This document shows positions 29,969-40,706 of a DNA stretch of 64,000 nucleotides, piece by piece. The notes below the pieces were generated by a model. The model saw only the letters and a program-made list of their open reading frames with translations, had not been told where the DNA came from and searched no databases. Both the position numbers and the translations under genes were made by a program. The DNA comes from an uncultured delta proteobacterium (GTDB lineage Bacteria > Myxococcota_A > Polyangia > Polyangiales > Polyangiaceae). Position 1 is the stretch's first letter; each line of letters opens with the position of its first letter. The stretch covers positions 1,600,001-1,664,000 of the forward strand of contig CAWJCS010000006.1 of assembly GCA_963841435.1 (NCBI GenBank), read 5' to 3'.

Positions 29969-32239
29969 ATGACGGCGATCGAGGTTCTGGTGCGAACTCC
30001 CGCGGCTCCGTCGCCCCTTGGGGCCGTGCTCGGGACCTTGGATTTCATCGTGGACGGCGTCAATCTGACGGCGCGCCTGGGCCACGGCGCAGCGCTCGGC
30101 TTACTCGGTGAGCTCGGGGGAGGCCTTTCGGCGCTGTGTCGCGGCAGGCTCGACCGCTTCACCACGCCCTTTTACTCCGGGGACGAGGCCTGGGAGGTCG
30201 GCATCGAGGCGGACGGAGCCGATTTGCTCGTCAGTGTCTTCCGGACGGCGCCCTCGGTGGCCATCGCGGTCCACGAGCGCCGGGTCGAGCTCCTGGCCTT
30301 CCGGACCGCCATTGCCAGTGCCCTCGACCGCGCCCTCGACGGGGGCAACGCCGGCGCGCCGGGCGCGCTGCGCTCGGCCCGCGACGGGCTCGCCTCGCCC
30401 TGGCCGAGCTATGGCCGTGCCCCCCTTGCCCACCGCAAGCTCACCGTGTCGAGCAGCGAGGACGCTCCCTTCGTCATCGAGGCCGAAACGCGGCTGCGCG
30501 TCGTCCCGGCTCGACCAGCGGCGGGCGGCGACGAGCCCCGGCTCGAGCGGGCGGACCTGCACGCGTTGCTCGCATCGGGCTCCCTCCGGCTGCGCGCCGG
30601 CGAGGCCGTCGTCGAGCTCGATCGCACGTTCCCTTTCCTGGCCGCCGAGCGTCTGCTCGGCCTCGCCCAGGAAGTCCTCGACGCACGACGCGACCATCGC
30701 CCGCTGTTTCGTCGCGTCGAGGTGAACGACGCCCAGATCGCACTCAGGAGCCTGCCCAAGGAGCAACACGTGGTGCTGCGCGTGCCGCCACGCCCGGGCT
30801 CGGACGAGGGGCAGGCGCTCGCGGGCGTCGACGGCCACGACTTCGCGCGCGGCGTCGCGTCGTTCGCGCTCGCGTTCGCCTGCGCGGCGGCCGAGACCGA
30901 CCCGGCGCAGGAGAAGAACCTGCGCCTCTCGCACCTCGCCCGCGAGGCGCGCGCGCTCGAGCAGCGGCTCGCCCTCGAAGCGGCCGATGACTCGCTGAAG
31001 AACCCCGATCCGGACAGCTACCGGAGCTTCGGCCTGCCGCGCCGCGAGAGTGGACGAGGCGCTTGGACGCACGGCGGCAAGATGCGCTTTTTGCCGCGCT
31101 GGGTCGCGAGCGTGCCCAACATCGATCTCGCTGCCACGTTCCTGTGCGGCGAGCGCCTGCTCGTGGGGTCCCCCCGCCAGACGGCCTGCCTCGACCGCAC
31201 GACGGGCGCCGTGCTGTTCCGCCGCGCGCTGCCGCGCGCCCTGTCCGTGCCCACGCCGCTCGGTCTCGCGCGGCTCGCCGACGACGGCACGGTGACCCTC
31301 TACGATCTCGAGCGCGGCGAGCCGCGTTTCACGCTCCGCCTCTCGCCTCGCGGCGGCGTGGCCACGACGGCGGCGGTCGTCAACGCGCCGGGCTTGCCGC
31401 GACTGCTCGCGCTGTCCGAAAACGACCGCAGCGTCGCGGCCATCGACCTCGTGACCGGCGATCTGCGCTGGCGCTACACCCAGCCGCGGGGCTCGTCCTT
31501 CCGCCTGCGCCGCGCGGGCCGGCTGCTTCTGCTCGCGGGCGGCGACTCGGCGCTCGTCGCGCTCGACGCCGCGAGCGGCGAGGTCGTGTGGCGCGTTCGC
31601 GATCGACTGCCCTTCACCGGTGACCTCATCGTCGACCGCGACGCCGCGTTCGCGACGGCGGGCGGACCGATCGGCCCGACGCGCCTTCTGCACGTGGATC
31701 TCTGGAGCGGCGAGGTGCGCTGGAGCCGCGAGATCGGCGCTCGTCCCGCGCCCTACCAGCCCCCACTCGTGACCCCCGACGTCGTCGCCGTGCCGACTCG
31801 TGATCGGCGTGGCTCGGGGCTCGCGTGGTTCTCGCGCGCCTCGGGCGAGCCGCTCGGCTGCCACGAGCCCGGGCTCAGCGCGCCTGCCACGGCATGGCTC
31901 GCCGTGGATGATCTCCTGCTCGCCAACTCCGCGCTCGGCAAGCTCATCGCCCTCGAGGCCGCCACGGGCAAGACCCGCTACGTGCGCGACTTCTCGCGTC
32001 ATGTCGAGGCCGACCAACCGCGACGCCTCGAGCCGGTGCTGCGCGGCGGCGCGCTGTTCGTGCCGCAGCACGAAGTGCATGTCGTCAGGCCGAGCGACGG
32101 CGAGCTCCTCGGGACCGTTCCCACCGATCTCATCCCCGACCTACTCCGCGTCGACGACGCGTGCAGCGTCTACGTTGCGGAGGAGAGCGGGCACGTGGCG
32201 GCGTTCGGCGTCGCGCCTCGCCTCACGCTCGTGCGCTGA
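29969..32239 (+). CDS. PQQ-like beta-propeller repeat protein with an uncharacterised N-terminal half
   Basis: Repeated ALD..TG...W blades (IDLVTGDLRW, LDAASGEVVW, VDLWSGEVRW, LEAATGKTRY). Confidence 0.8.
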   Translation: MTAIEVLVRTPAAPSPLGAVLGTLDFIVDGVNLTARLGHGAALGLLGELGGGLSALCRGRLDRFTTPFYSGDEAWEVGIEADGADLLVSVFRTAPSVAIAVHERRVELLAFRTAIASALDRALDGGNAGAPGALRSARDGLASPWPSYGRAPLAHRKLTVSSSEDAPFVIEAETRLRVVPARPAAGGDEPRLERADLHALLASGSLRLRAGEAVVELDRTFPFLAAERLLGLAQEVLDARRDHRPLFRRVEVNDAQIALRSLPKEQHVVLRVPPRPGSDEGQALAGVDGHDFARGVASFALAFACAAAETDPAQEKNLRLSHLAREARALEQRLALEAADDSLKNPDPDSYRSFGLPRRESGRGAWTHGGKMRFLPRWVASVPNIDLAATFLCGERLLVGSPRQTACLDRTTGAVLFRRALPRALSVPTPLGLARLADDGTVTLYDLERGEPRFTLRLSPRGGVATTAAVVNAPGLPRLLALSENDRSVAAIDLVTGDLRWRYTQPRGSSFRLRRAGRLLLLAGGDSALVALDAASGEVVWRVRDRLPFTGDLIVDRDAAFATAGGPIGPTRLLHVDLWSGEVRWSREIGARPAPYQPPLVTPDVVAVPTRDRRGSGLAWFSRASGEPLGCHEPGLSAPATAWLAVDDLLLANSALGKLIALEAATGKTRYVRDFSRHVEADQPRRLEPVLRGGALFVPQHEVHVVRPSDGELLGTVPTDLIPDLLRVDDACSVYVAEESGHVAAFGVAPRLTLVR

Positions 32240-32250
32240 CCCGCTCCGAC

Positions 32251-33075
32251 TCAGCCGCTGTGCGCCTCGCCGCCGTCAACGAAGAGCACGTTGCCGTTGA
32301 GCCAGTACGTGCAAGTCTGTGACAACGCCACGAGGGCGTTCGCCACGTCGTCCGGGACGGTGAGGCGGTGCGATGGATTCTTGCGGATCGCCACGCTTTG
32401 CAGGCTTTCGGCGTTCGGGATCTTGTTCATCGAGGGCGTGTTGGTGACGCCCGCACAGATGGTGTTGGCCGTGATCCCGCGCGGGCCGAGCTCGAGCGCA
32501 AGCTGACGGCAGTGCGACTCGAGCGCCGCCTTGGCCGCGCTGACCGCCCCGTACCCCGCCCACACCTGGCTCGAGCCCGTGCTCGTCATCGCGAAGATGC
32601 GTCCGTCCGAACGCAAGAGGTCGTTCGAAAGCAGATCCTGCACCCAGTAGACGAGGCTGTGGGCCATGACGTCGAGCGTCATATCCATCTGCTTCTGGTT
32701 CAGCTGCTCCACGGGCTCGGCCGAGACCAGAGGCCGCAGCGTGCCGAACGCGAGCGAATGCAGGAGCACGCGCACCTTCTCGCCTTTCTTACGCTCGGCG
32801 AAGCGCTGCTTCACTTGCGAGAGGACCTCCGCTCGCTTTTCGGCGTCGCAGGCATTCACGTTGAAAAACCAGGCTTCCCTGCCCATCCCGCGAATCCGCT
32901 CGGTGAGACGCTCCACGTTGGCGAGCGTCGAGCGACGATCGAGGTGGACGCCGATGATGTCCGAGCCGGCCTCGGCGAGCTTGAGACAGGCGGCGGCTCC
33001 GAAGCCGCTCGAGGCGCCGAGCACCAGCGCGAAGCCGTCGAGCGGTGGCAGGGGGATCTTGTTTGGGTCGGGCAT
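32251..33075 (-). CDS. SDR oxidoreductase, enoyl-ACP reductase (FabL/FabI)-like
   Basis: LGASSGFG, YGAVSAAKAALE, VDGG. Confidence 0.85.
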   Translation of the reverse strand: MPDPNKIPLPPLDGFALVLGASSGFGAAACLKLAEAGSDIIGVHLDRRSTLANVERLTERIRGMGREAWFFNVNACDAEKRAEVLSQVKQRFAERKKGEKVRVLLHSLAFGTLRPLVSAEPVEQLNQKQMDMTLDVMAHSLVYWVQDLLSNDLLRSDGRIFAMTSTGSSQVWAGYGAVSAAKAALESHCRQLALELGPRGITANTICAGVTNTPSMNKIPNAESLQSVAIRKNPSHRLTVPDDVANALVALSQTCTYWLNGNVLFVDGGEAHSG

Positions 33076-33170
33076 GACGTCGGGGCAGGATTCTTACTAC
33101 ACCGCGGCAGATGCCGGCTAGCCCGCAAGCCTCCCGAAGAAACGGCGGCCGATGCGGCGCGCGCGACGAG

Positions 33171-33647
33171 CTAGTGACCGCGAGGTGGCAGGGACGGAAC
33201 CCGCGCCGGCAGCGGCAGCGGACCTCCGACGGCGTCGGCCTTGTCGCGCACGAAGCGTGCGATCCGGCGGAAGGGAATGCGAACGGGGCAGATGGCTTCT
33301 TTGTCGGCGAGCACGGCGTCCGGCACGAAGCCGAAGCCGTACGCCGCCGCGCGAAACTCCGGCATGCTCCGCGACCCTGCCACCACGAGCGCCATGACGC
33401 CGCGATATGCTCCGCCCGAGCGCGCGATGCGCCCCGCCTCGCCGCGATCGCAGAGGCCGCAGGCGGTGCAACGCTCGAACGATGCGAACCGTGCGCGTTC
33501 CTCGGGGGTGACCGGTGGCAAGCCGTCGGCGTCGTAGTGCTCTCGGAAGCGGGCAAGGCCCTCACCCTCGCGCGCGAACAGGCGCCGGAGCAGCGTTCCG
33601 ATCAGCGCTACCAACAACAAAAGCAGCGCCTTGAATCGTCCGCTCAC
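33171..33647 (-). CDS. Small membrane-anchored protein with a probable [4Fe-4S] site
   Basis: N-terminal hydrophobic helix, CTACGLC and distal ICP. Confidence 0.7.
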   Translation of the reverse strand: MSGRFKALLLLLVALIGTLLRRLFAREGEGLARFREHYDADGLPPVTPEERARFASFERCTACGLCDRGEAGRIARSGGAYRGVMALVVAGSRSMPEFRAAAYGFGFVPDAVLADKEAICPVRIPFRRIARFVRDKADAVGGPLPLPARVPSLPPRGH

Positions 33648-33777
33648 TGACTCGCCTCGCGCTCAGTCTAGCGCCCTGGCCGATCGAGCGTGGGGAGAAC
33701 GACCCGCGCGTCGCGTACCACCTCGAGGTTAGCCCGCTCTCCCGACCCCGAGCGGGACGGAGAAAAGCCCGAGGTGA

Positions 33778-33802
33778 GCGTCACAGCGTGACGCTGTGAC
33801 GC
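33778..33802. promoter_or_regulatory. Perfect 11-bp inverted repeat, candidate enhancer (bEBP) site
   Basis: GCGTCACAGCG-TGA-CGCTGTGACGC. Confidence 0.65.
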
Positions 33803-33817
33803 CCTGTTACGGATGCT

Positions 33818-33830
33818 CAACTAGCTGATT
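33818..33830 (-). promoter_or_regulatory. IHF-like site
   Basis: Minus strand AATCAGCTAGTTG fits WATCAR-N4-TTR in an AT-rich patch between the palindrome and the -24/-12 element. Confidence 0.6.
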
Positions 33831-33847
33831 TCACTTACGTAAAAGCT

Positions 33848-33863
33848 TGGCACGGCGGGTGCT
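33848..33863 (+). promoter_or_regulatory. Sigma54 -24/-12 promoter
   Basis: TGGCACG-GCGG-GTGCT with exact GG-N10-GC spacing, 50 nt before the ECF sigma ATG. Confidence 0.8.
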
Positions 33864-33912
33864 CAAGGGACGGCATGGGCCAACACGGCCCGCGCTCCGA
33901 AAGGCACCGAGC

Positions 33913-34569
33913 ATGTCGTCCCACGTCCCCTCGCCCACTCTCGAAAACAGCCCCCGCGCCCTCGCCATCCGCACCTTCACCGAAGCGAGCGACCTCGAGC
34001 TCGTCGAAGGGCTCGTGCACAATCATCCCGAGGCGTGGCAAGCCCTCACGCTCCGCTATGGCCGACTCATCCAGAGCTGCATCCAGCGCGTGACGGCGCG
34101 GTTCTCGTCCGTCGTTCAGAAGGACGATGCCGCCGAGATCTACTCGATGCTCTTCGTGCAGCTCCTTTCGAACGATCGCCACAAGCTTCGGACGTTCGCT
34201 CCGGAGCGTGGCTGCAAGCTCGGCACCTGGCTCGGCATGCTCGCGACGCACACCGCGTACGACTTTCTGCGCAGCATCCGCAAGGCGCCCCACGCGACCG
34301 GCCTCGCGGAGGCGGAGGTGCTCTCCGGCGACGCTCCCGACCCGTCCGAGGTCACCCTTCAGCACGAGCGCATGGCGCGCGTCTCCGCGGTGCTCGCCGA
34401 GTTCACGCACAAGGATCGGCAGTTTCTCGAGCTCTACTTCGCCCAAGGGCTCGAGCCGGACGAGGTGGCCCGGCGCATGGGCATCAGCGTCAAGACAGTC
34501 TACTCGAAAAAGCACAAAATCCAGCGGCGACTCCTCAGCCTGCTCGGCACTCCCGCCCTCGCCGCCTGA
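33913..34569 (+). CDS. ECF-type sigma-70 factor
   Basis: SDLELV, AWQALTLRY, KLGTWLGMLATHTAYDFLR (region 2), EVARRMGISVKTVYSKKHK (region 4). Confidence 0.93.
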   Translation: MSSHVPSPTLENSPRALAIRTFTEASDLELVEGLVHNHPEAWQALTLRYGRLIQSCIQRVTARFSSVVQKDDAAEIYSMLFVQLLSNDRHKLRTFAPERGCKLGTWLGMLATHTAYDFLRSIRKAPHATGLAEAEVLSGDAPDPSEVTLQHERMARVSAVLAEFTHKDRQFLELYFAQGLEPDEVARRMGISVKTVYSKKHKIQRRLLSLLGTPALAA

Positions 34570-34615
34570 GCCCGCCCGGGTGCCGAGGGCGCCGCGTGTC
34601 GTGGTAGGACGACGC

Positions 34616-36961
34616 GTGGCTCGTCTGTCCGCCACCCTGCTCGTGCTCGCAGCGTTCGGTTGCCACGGCGAAGGCACGCCGAAGGTTCCGCTCGTGCCGG
34701 GCGGCCAGGGTCCCCGTCTTGCCGAGCGCGCGCTTGCCGAGCGCCCCAAGCTCGTGCTCGTACCCCGCGAAGGCAATCCGGCGGGTGCGGTGGCGTTCGT
34801 GGTCGAAAGCGACGCGGGCTCGCTCGCTGCCGCGGTGACCTCCGCCTTCGTCGCAGCGCGACTCGAAGCACGCGGCGTGCGGGGCGTGAGCAGCCGACCC
34901 CACGCGCTCGGCTTCTCGCTTTCCATGCTCGTCGCCGACGCCAAGCAAGCGGCCCGCTTCGAGAGCGCGCTCGAGGCCTCGCTCGCGCAAGCGCCCCGCG
35001 CGGGTGAGCCAGCGCTAAAGGCAGCCGCGACGGCGGCGGCCGCACTCGCGACGCTCCCCGTGCTCGGCGCGGCCCAGTCGGCCGTCACCTCCTGCTCCGG
35101 CGAGCTCGCGCGACCAGCTGGCGAGCCACGCTGGGGCCCCACGGCAACGGGGCTCGCGACGCTCTCCGGCTGGCTCCGCGCGGCCCGCTCGGGACGCGCG
35201 AGCGCCTTCGGCGCCGTTGGCCCGGCGTCGGTGCTCACCGGCATCGAGGCGTCCCTCGAGCGGGGCCCCGACTGGCCCGACGGACCGGAGCCGACCGACA
35301 CGTGGCCCGCGGCCGACGCGCTCGGCGTCAACTTCACGCCCGGTGCCGCGCGTCACCTGTCGGTGGCCGTGCGCGTCGAGAGCGCCGCCCTGGCCGTCGG
35401 CGCCGCTGAGGAGCTCGCGGCGACCGAGAGCATGCTGACGGCCCGGCTCGCGGCGCTGCGTCCGCCGTGGCGGCTCGAGCGAGCGAGCGCCAGCAGCCGG
35501 GCGCGCGGCGCGTGCATTCGCCTCGACCTGACGCCCCCCGCGGGTGACCCCGGGCCGAACCCACCCGACGTGGCGCACGCGCTCGCCGTGGCATCCCAGG
35601 AGCTCGACGCAGCGCTCGCAACGCCCGCGAGCACCGCGCTCGAGCGAGCCGTGCTCGCGCCCAAGGATCCGAGAGACGCAGCGGCCGCGGCGGCCTGGAG
35701 CGCGCTCACGAAGCGCGTCCGCCCGGGCGCCCGCCGGCGACTCGCCGCCTATGTCACGAGCCCCGCCGAGCAGCCCCTGGACCTCGCTGGCGCCGTGGCA
35801 CGCGAGCGCGCTTTCGCCGCGCGACCGAGCGTCGAGCTCTTGGTGCGGAGCGAGCGCGGCCAGGCGCGCATCCTCGCGCTCCTCGGCTCCGCGTGCGGCA
35901 CGGCCCTCGAAAGCGACGCCGACGCCGGCGAAGCCGCGCTCGTCGTGACAGCGCTCGCGTCGGGCGCCCCGCGCGACGGCGTCACGTTCTCGCCGTACGT
36001 CACGACCGGTGGCCTGGGGCTGCTCGTCGAGGCCGCACGCCGCCCGGGCGAGTCCTCGGGTGCGCAGGCGGTGCGGCTCGGGCGCGCGCTCGGTGCCCGG
36101 CTCGCGGCGCTGCATCCGTCGCCGACCGAGGTCGCCGCGGTCCGCGAAGCTCTGCTGCACACCATCGGCGCACACGAGCGGCCCGGCTTCTTCGCGGCGC
36201 TCGGTGCCACGACGCGCGGGCACTCGTCGTGGCTCGAGCCTCGCGGCACGCCCGGAGGGCTCGAGAGCGCGCCGGCGGGCGGCTTCGAGGCGGCGCTCGC
36301 CCGTTTCCTTTCACACCCGCTGCGCCTCGCCGTGCTCGCCAACGACGACGGCGCACAGGCTGACACCGTGCGAAAGGCCGTGGAGCAACTGCTGCGTCCC
36401 GTGCGCGGCACCGTGACGCGCTGCCCGAACCGCCCACCGCCGACCCCCGAGACGAGCGAGCTGACACTGCTCGCGGAGCCCGACGAGCAGGGCAAGACCA
36501 TCATGTCCGTGCCGTTCCCGCCCGCGCGTGGCCGGCTGCCCCGCGAGGCCCGTGCGAGCGTTCTGCTCCTCAACGGGCCTCGGGGCTGGCTCGCGGAGTC
36601 GCTCACCGACCTGTCAGCGTCGGCCTCGGCCACGGCGCTCGGCGGCCCGGAGGCCGCGGCGCTCGTAATCGAAGTCCTGGCGACGGCGGGGAGCGAGCAA
36701 GCCGCGCTCACCCGCATTCTCGCGCTGCTGGATCGGCTCGCGGCGGGGACGATCCCGGCCAGGGACGCCGCGGTGGCGCGCCAGACGCTCGAGCAGCAGG
36801 ATGCCGAGGCTCGCCTCGACCCGCGGGTCCGTCTCGTGGAGCTCTTCCAGGGCCAGACGGACGCCGGGCCGCTCGACGTGAAGCGTCTCGCGGCTTTCTT
36901 CGCCTCGCTCCGTCGGGAGAGCGCGGTCGTCGTGACCGTCGCCCCGCGCGGCGCGCCGTGA
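34616..36961 (+). CDS. Large Ala-rich lipoprotein, possibly a degenerate M16 peptidase-like fold (no HxxEH)
   Basis: Lipobox [18 protein letters not shown]; fills the gap between the ECF sigma gene and guaA; start uncertain. Confidence 0.6.
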   Translation: MARLSATLLVLAAFGCHGEGTPKVPLVPGGQGPRLAERALAERPKLVLVPREGNPAGAVAFVVESDAGSLAAAVTSAFVAARLEARGVRGVSSRPHALGFSLSMLVADAKQAARFESALEASLAQAPRAGEPALKAAATAAAALATLPVLGAAQSAVTSCSGELARPAGEPRWGPTATGLATLSGWLRAARSGRASAFGAVGPASVLTGIEASLERGPDWPDGPEPTDTWPAADALGVNFTPGAARHLSVAVRVESAALAVGAAEELAATESMLTARLAALRPPWRLERASASSRARGACIRLDLTPPAGDPGPNPPDVAHALAVASQELDAALATPASTALERAVLAPKDPRDAAAAAAWSALTKRVRPGARRRLAAYVTSPAEQPLDLAGAVARERAFAARPSVELLVRSERGQARILALLGSACGTALESDADAGEAALVVTALASGAPRDGVTFSPYVTTGGLGLLVEAARRPGESSGAQAVRLGRALGARLAALHPSPTEVAAVREALLHTIGAHERPGFFAALGATTRGHSSWLEPRGTPGGLESAPAGGFEAALARFLSHPLRLAVLANDDGAQADTVRKAVEQLLRPVRGTVTRCPNRPPPTPETSELTLLAEPDEQGKTIMSVPFPPARGRLPREARASVLLLNGPRGWLAESLTDLSASASATALGGPEAAALVIEVLATAGSEQAALTRILALLDRLAAGTIPARDAAVARQTLEQQDAEARLDPRVRLVELFQGQTDAGPLDVKRLAAFFASLRRESAVVVTVAPRGAP

Positions 36962-36980
36962 TAGCCGAGACCCCAAGTCC

Positions 36981-38531
36981 ATGGCGGTCCGCCAGTCCGT
37001 TCTGATCCTCGACTTCGGCTCCCAGTACACGCAGCTCATCGCGCGCCGCATCCGCGAGTGCCACGTGTACTGCGAGATCCAACCCGGAACCCTCTCGGCC
37101 GCCGAGGTGGCGAAGCTCTCGCCGCAGGCCATCGTGCTGAGCGGCGGCCCCCAAAGCGTCTACGACGCGGCCTCGCCGCAGCTCGACGCGGAGGTGCTCG
37201 GCCTCGGGGTGCCCGTGCTCGGCATCTGCTACGGCGAGCAGCTCATCGCCCACAAGCTCGGCGGGAAGGTCGAGCCGAGCAGCAAGCGCGAGTACGGCCC
37301 GGCGCGCGTCCGCGTGAAGGAATCGGTGGGCATCTTCGCGCCCTTCAGCGTCGGCGAAGAGCTCGGGGTCTGGATGAGCCACGGCGACCGACTCACGCAG
37401 ACTCCGCCCGGCTTTCGCACGATCGGTGCGAGCGAAGCGGCCGAGCACGCCGCTATCGCCGACCCGGAACGTCAGCTCTACGCCATCCAGTTTCACCCCG
37501 AGGTCGCCCACACGCCGCGCGGCGTCGAGATCCTGCGTGCCTTCCTGTTCGACGTCGCCAAGCTGACGCCGGACTGGACGCCCGGCTCGTTCGTCGACGA
37601 GGCGGTCGCGGCGATCACGGCGCGCGTCGGCGCGAACGAGCGCGTGATCTGCGGCCTGAGCGGCGGCGTCGACTCGTCCGTCGCCGCCGTGCTCTGCCAC
37701 CGTGCGCTCGGCGACCGGCTCGTCTGCATCTTCGTCGACAACGGGCTGCTCCGCGAGGGCGAGTACGAGAGCGTCGTCCGCACGATGCGCTCGAGCTTTC
37801 ACCTGAATCTCGTGCCGGTGGACGCACGGGAACGCTTCCTCACGGCCCTCGCGGGTGTCACCGACCCCGAAACGAAACGGAAGATCATCGGCCGCGTCTT
37901 CATCGAGGTGTTCGACGAGCACGCCACCCATGTCGAGAACGCGAAGTACCTCGTGCAGGGCACGCTCTACCCCGACGTCATCGAGAGCGTGAGCGTGCGG
38001 GGTCCGAGCGCCGTCATCAAGAGCCACCACAACGTCGGCGGGCTACCGGAGCGCATGAAGCTCGGCCTCATCGAGCCCCTGCGCGAGCTCTTCAAGGACG
38101 AGGTGCGCAACGTCGGCGAGGCGCTCGGCATGCCGCACGACGTGCTCTACCGTCACCCCTTCCCTGGCCCCGGCCTTGCCGTGCGCTGCTTGGGTGACCT
38201 CAGCGAGACACGCCTCGCCGTCTTGCGACGCGCCGACGCGATCGTCGACGAGGAAATCCGCGCAGCGGGTCTCTACGAAAGCGTGTGGCAGTCGTTCGCG
38301 GTGCTCTTACCCGTGAAGAGCGTGGGCGTCATGGGCGACGACCGCACCTACGAGGAGACCTGCGTCGTGCGAGCCGTCACCTCGAGCGATGGCATGACGG
38401 CCGATTGGGCGCGCTTGCCGCACGACGTGCTCGCGACCATCAGCAGTCGTATCATCAACGAGGTGAAGGGCATCAACCGCGTGGCGTACGACATCAGCTC
38501 CAAGCCCCCCTCCACCATCGAGTGGGAATGA
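36981..38531 (+). CDS. guaA: GMP synthase (glutamine-hydrolysing)
   Basis: [49 protein letters not shown]. Confidence 0.99.
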   Translation: MAVRQSVLILDFGSQYTQLIARRIRECHVYCEIQPGTLSAAEVAKLSPQAIVLSGGPQSVYDAASPQLDAEVLGLGVPVLGICYGEQLIAHKLGGKVEPSSKREYGPARVRVKESVGIFAPFSVGEELGVWMSHGDRLTQTPPGFRTIGASEAAEHAAIADPERQLYAIQFHPEVAHTPRGVEILRAFLFDVAKLTPDWTPGSFVDEAVAAITARVGANERVICGLSGGVDSSVAAVLCHRALGDRLVCIFVDNGLLREGEYESVVRTMRSSFHLNLVPVDARERFLTALAGVTDPETKRKIIGRVFIEVFDEHATHVENAKYLVQGTLYPDVIESVSVRGPSAVIKSHHNVGGLPERMKLGLIEPLRELFKDEVRNVGEALGMPHDVLYRHPFPGPGLAVRCLGDLSETRLAVLRRADAIVDEEIRAAGLYESVWQSFAVLLPVKSVGVMGDDRTYEETCVVRAVTSSDGMTADWARLPHDVLATISSRIINEVKGINRVAYDISSKPPSTIEWE

Positions 38532-38887
38532 GCGAAGGCAAGCCGAAGCTCTCGACACGCGTCACGGCGTGGCTCGCGATCCTCGGCACGTTCGGCTACA
38601 TCGTCGCGATCGCCATCGCGCTTCTCACGGGTTGCGGCCCGGAGCTCAAGCCCGCCGTCTCCCTGCACATCGAGACGCTCGACAAGACGCCGCGCAACGC
38701 CTCGGTCACCATCGACGAGCAGTACATCGGCCCCTTGGGCTACGTCGCCGCGCGCGGCGTGCGGCTGCCGGTCGGCCAGCACAGAATCAGCGTCGAAAAG
38801 CCGGGCTACTTCCCGTTCGACGCGCTCGTGAGCGCCGACCGAGACGACGTCACCGTGAAGGTCAAGCTCGAGCCCGTGCCGGACTGA
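38528..38887 (+). CDS. PEGA-domain membrane/lipoprotein
   Basis: ATGA overlap with guaA; hydrophobic helix ending [28 protein letters not shown]. Confidence 0.8.
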   Translation: MSEGKPKLSTRVTAWLAILGTFGYIVAIAIALLTGCGPELKPAVSLHIETLDKTPRNASVTIDEQYIGPLGYVAARGVRLPVGQHRISVEKPGYFPFDALVSADRDDVTVKVKLEPVPD

Positions 38888-38889
38888 GC

Positions 38890-39651
38890 ATGTTCGAGAC
38901 GTCCGGGCCCTCGAAAGCGCTCAGCTCCGTCGTCAACGGCTTCTGGGAGCGTCGGGGCACGGGCGCCGAGCACCGCATCCTGCCCGACGGTTGCCTCGAC
39001 TTTTTTTTCGACCTCGCGAGCGGCGAAGCGCGCGTCGTCGGCGCGATGACGGCGGCGCGCCTGTACCGCGCCGAGCCCGCTGCTCACGTTTTCGGCGTCC
39101 GGTTTCGACCGGGCCGCGCGGCAACGTTCCTCGACGAGCGCGCCGATGCGCTCACGGACGAAACGCCCGCCCTCGCGGACTTTCGCCGCGGGCTCTTCGC
39201 CCGACTCGGGGCACCCCTCGCCGAGGCAACGAGCTTCGCCGAGCGGCGGGCCGTCGTCGAAAGGGCCCTCCTCGAGCCCGGTGCGCGGAGCCGCGCAGCC
39301 GATGCTCGCCTCGATCGCGCCGTTCGGTTGCTCGAGGCGTCGCACGGCCGCACGTCGCTGGGTGACGTCGCCCGTGCCGTCGATCTCGGCGAGCGCCACC
39401 TCGAGCGGCTCTTCGCCGAGCGCGTCGGCGTCGGCCCCAAGCTGTTCTCGCGCGTGAAGCGTCTCGAACGCGCCCTCTCCCTGCTGGAGGCCCCGCTGTC
39501 GAGCCAGGCCGCGCTCGCAGCGCAGGCAGGCTACGCCGACGAGCCGCACCTCCTGCGCGAGCTCCGCGCCCTCGCCGGCGCCACCCCGCGCACCCTGCGC
39601 GCCGAACGCCATGTCGGATCCGTTCAAGCGCCGCCGGCAACCGGGCTCTAA
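38890..39651 (+). CDS. AraC-family transcriptional regulator
   Basis: HRILPDGCLD, GVRFRPG, ERHLERLFAERVGVGPK, GYADEPHLLRE. Confidence 0.9.
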   Translation: MFETSGPSKALSSVVNGFWERRGTGAEHRILPDGCLDFFFDLASGEARVVGAMTAARLYRAEPAAHVFGVRFRPGRAATFLDERADALTDETPALADFRRGLFARLGAPLAEATSFAERRAVVERALLEPGARSRAADARLDRAVRLLEASHGRTSLGDVARAVDLGERHLERLFAERVGVGPKLFSRVKRLERALSLLEAPLSSQAALAAQAGYADEPHLLRELRALAGATPRTLRAERHVGSVQAPPATGL

Positions 39652-39677
39652 GTCAACCTCACCCGGAGGTTTTTCCC

Positions 39678-40049
39678 ATGCTCAAAAAGCTCACGACCCT
39701 CATCGTCGTCGAAGCGATCGAACCGTGCCTGCCCAATTGGGAGGCGCTTGGCTACACCGTCGCGGTTCGCGTGCCCGACCAGGGCGCGCTCGACTTCGTC
39801 ATCCTACGAGCCGAATGCGGTGAGCTCATGCTCCAAACGAACCAAAGCCTCGCGTCCGACGTGCCCCCCGTCGCCGCGCGCAGCCCGCGCACGCTGCTCT
39901 ATGCCAACGTCCCGTCGCTCGCGAACGCCAAGCGCGCGCTCGACGGCGCGGAGGTTCTCATCGCCGAGCGCCAAACGTTCTACGGCGCCACGGAGGCGTG
40001 GCTCGCGCTCGGCGACGGCACCATCCTCGGTCTCGCCGAGCACGGCTGA
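39678..40049 (+). CDS. VOC/glyoxalase-like protein
   Basis: GGAGG RBS; LKKLTTLIVVEAIE, ELMLQT, ERQTFYGATE. Confidence 0.78.
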   Translation: MLKKLTTLIVVEAIEPCLPNWEALGYTVAVRVPDQGALDFVILRAECGELMLQTNQSLASDVPPVAARSPRTLLYANVPSLANAKRALDGAEVLIAERQTFYGATEAWLALGDGTILGLAEHG

Positions 40050-40205
40050 AACACACGCCCGAAACGCACACCCCCGCCGCGGCGAAGGGCCCCGCGTCGA
40101 GCCAATCCGGCCCTCACCGCTGGCCCGGATGCATGGCAGCGCGCCGTGAGCTAGGCTCCGCGCCCCTCCGCCCGAGGAGGAGAACGAACGCAAAACCGAC
40201 ACCTT

Positions 40206-40282
40206 CGGGGTGTACCTCAACCTGGTAGAGGGCCGGCTTTGGGTGCCGGCTGTTGCAGGTTCAAATCCTGCCACCCCGACCA
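40206..40282 (+). tRNA. tRNA-Pro (anticodon TGG)
   Basis: Acceptor CGGGGTG/CACCCCG + ACCA, D stem CCTC/GAGG, anticodon arm CCGGC-TTTGGGT-GCCGG, T arm GCAGG-TTCAAAT-CCTGC. Confidence 0.97.
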
Positions 40283-40364
40283 CACCCGCGCCGCTGGCAG
40301 CACCCGTCCGAGAACGCACCGGGGCCCGCCTCCCCCCCGGCGACCCGTGCTGCCCGGCAGGCGC

Positions 40365-40706
40365 TCAATCCTCGACGAACGCACGCAGGCGCTCGAGCGT
40401 TTCGTCCCACTCGCCGGAGATGGCGTCGAGCAGGCGACGTGCGTGAGAAAGACGCAGCGTCTCGAGCCGGCAGACGCTCTCGCGTCCCGCTCGCTCGACC
40501 GTGAGCAGACCGGCGCCCGCGAGCACGCTGAGGTGCTTGGTCACGGCCTGGCGCGAGACGCCGGCGCCCTCGACGAGGCGCGTGATCGAGAGCGGGCCCT
40601 CGGACGAGAGGCGAGCCACGACGCGCAGGCGGCGCTCGTCGCCGAGCGCGGCGAACAGGCGTGCTTGCTGCCGGTCCGCGCGCGCCACCTCGCTACGCCG
40701 CCGCAT
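40365..40706 (-). CDS. ArsR/SmtB-family transcriptional regulator
   Basis: LFAALGDERRLRVV, VSRQAVTKHLSVL, GRESV, WDETLERLRAFVE. Confidence 0.9.
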   Translation of the reverse strand: MRRRSEVARADRQQARLFAALGDERRLRVVARLSSEGPLSITRLVEGAGVSRQAVTKHLSVLAGAGLLTVERAGRESVCRLETLRLSHARRLLDAISGEWDETLERLRAFVED

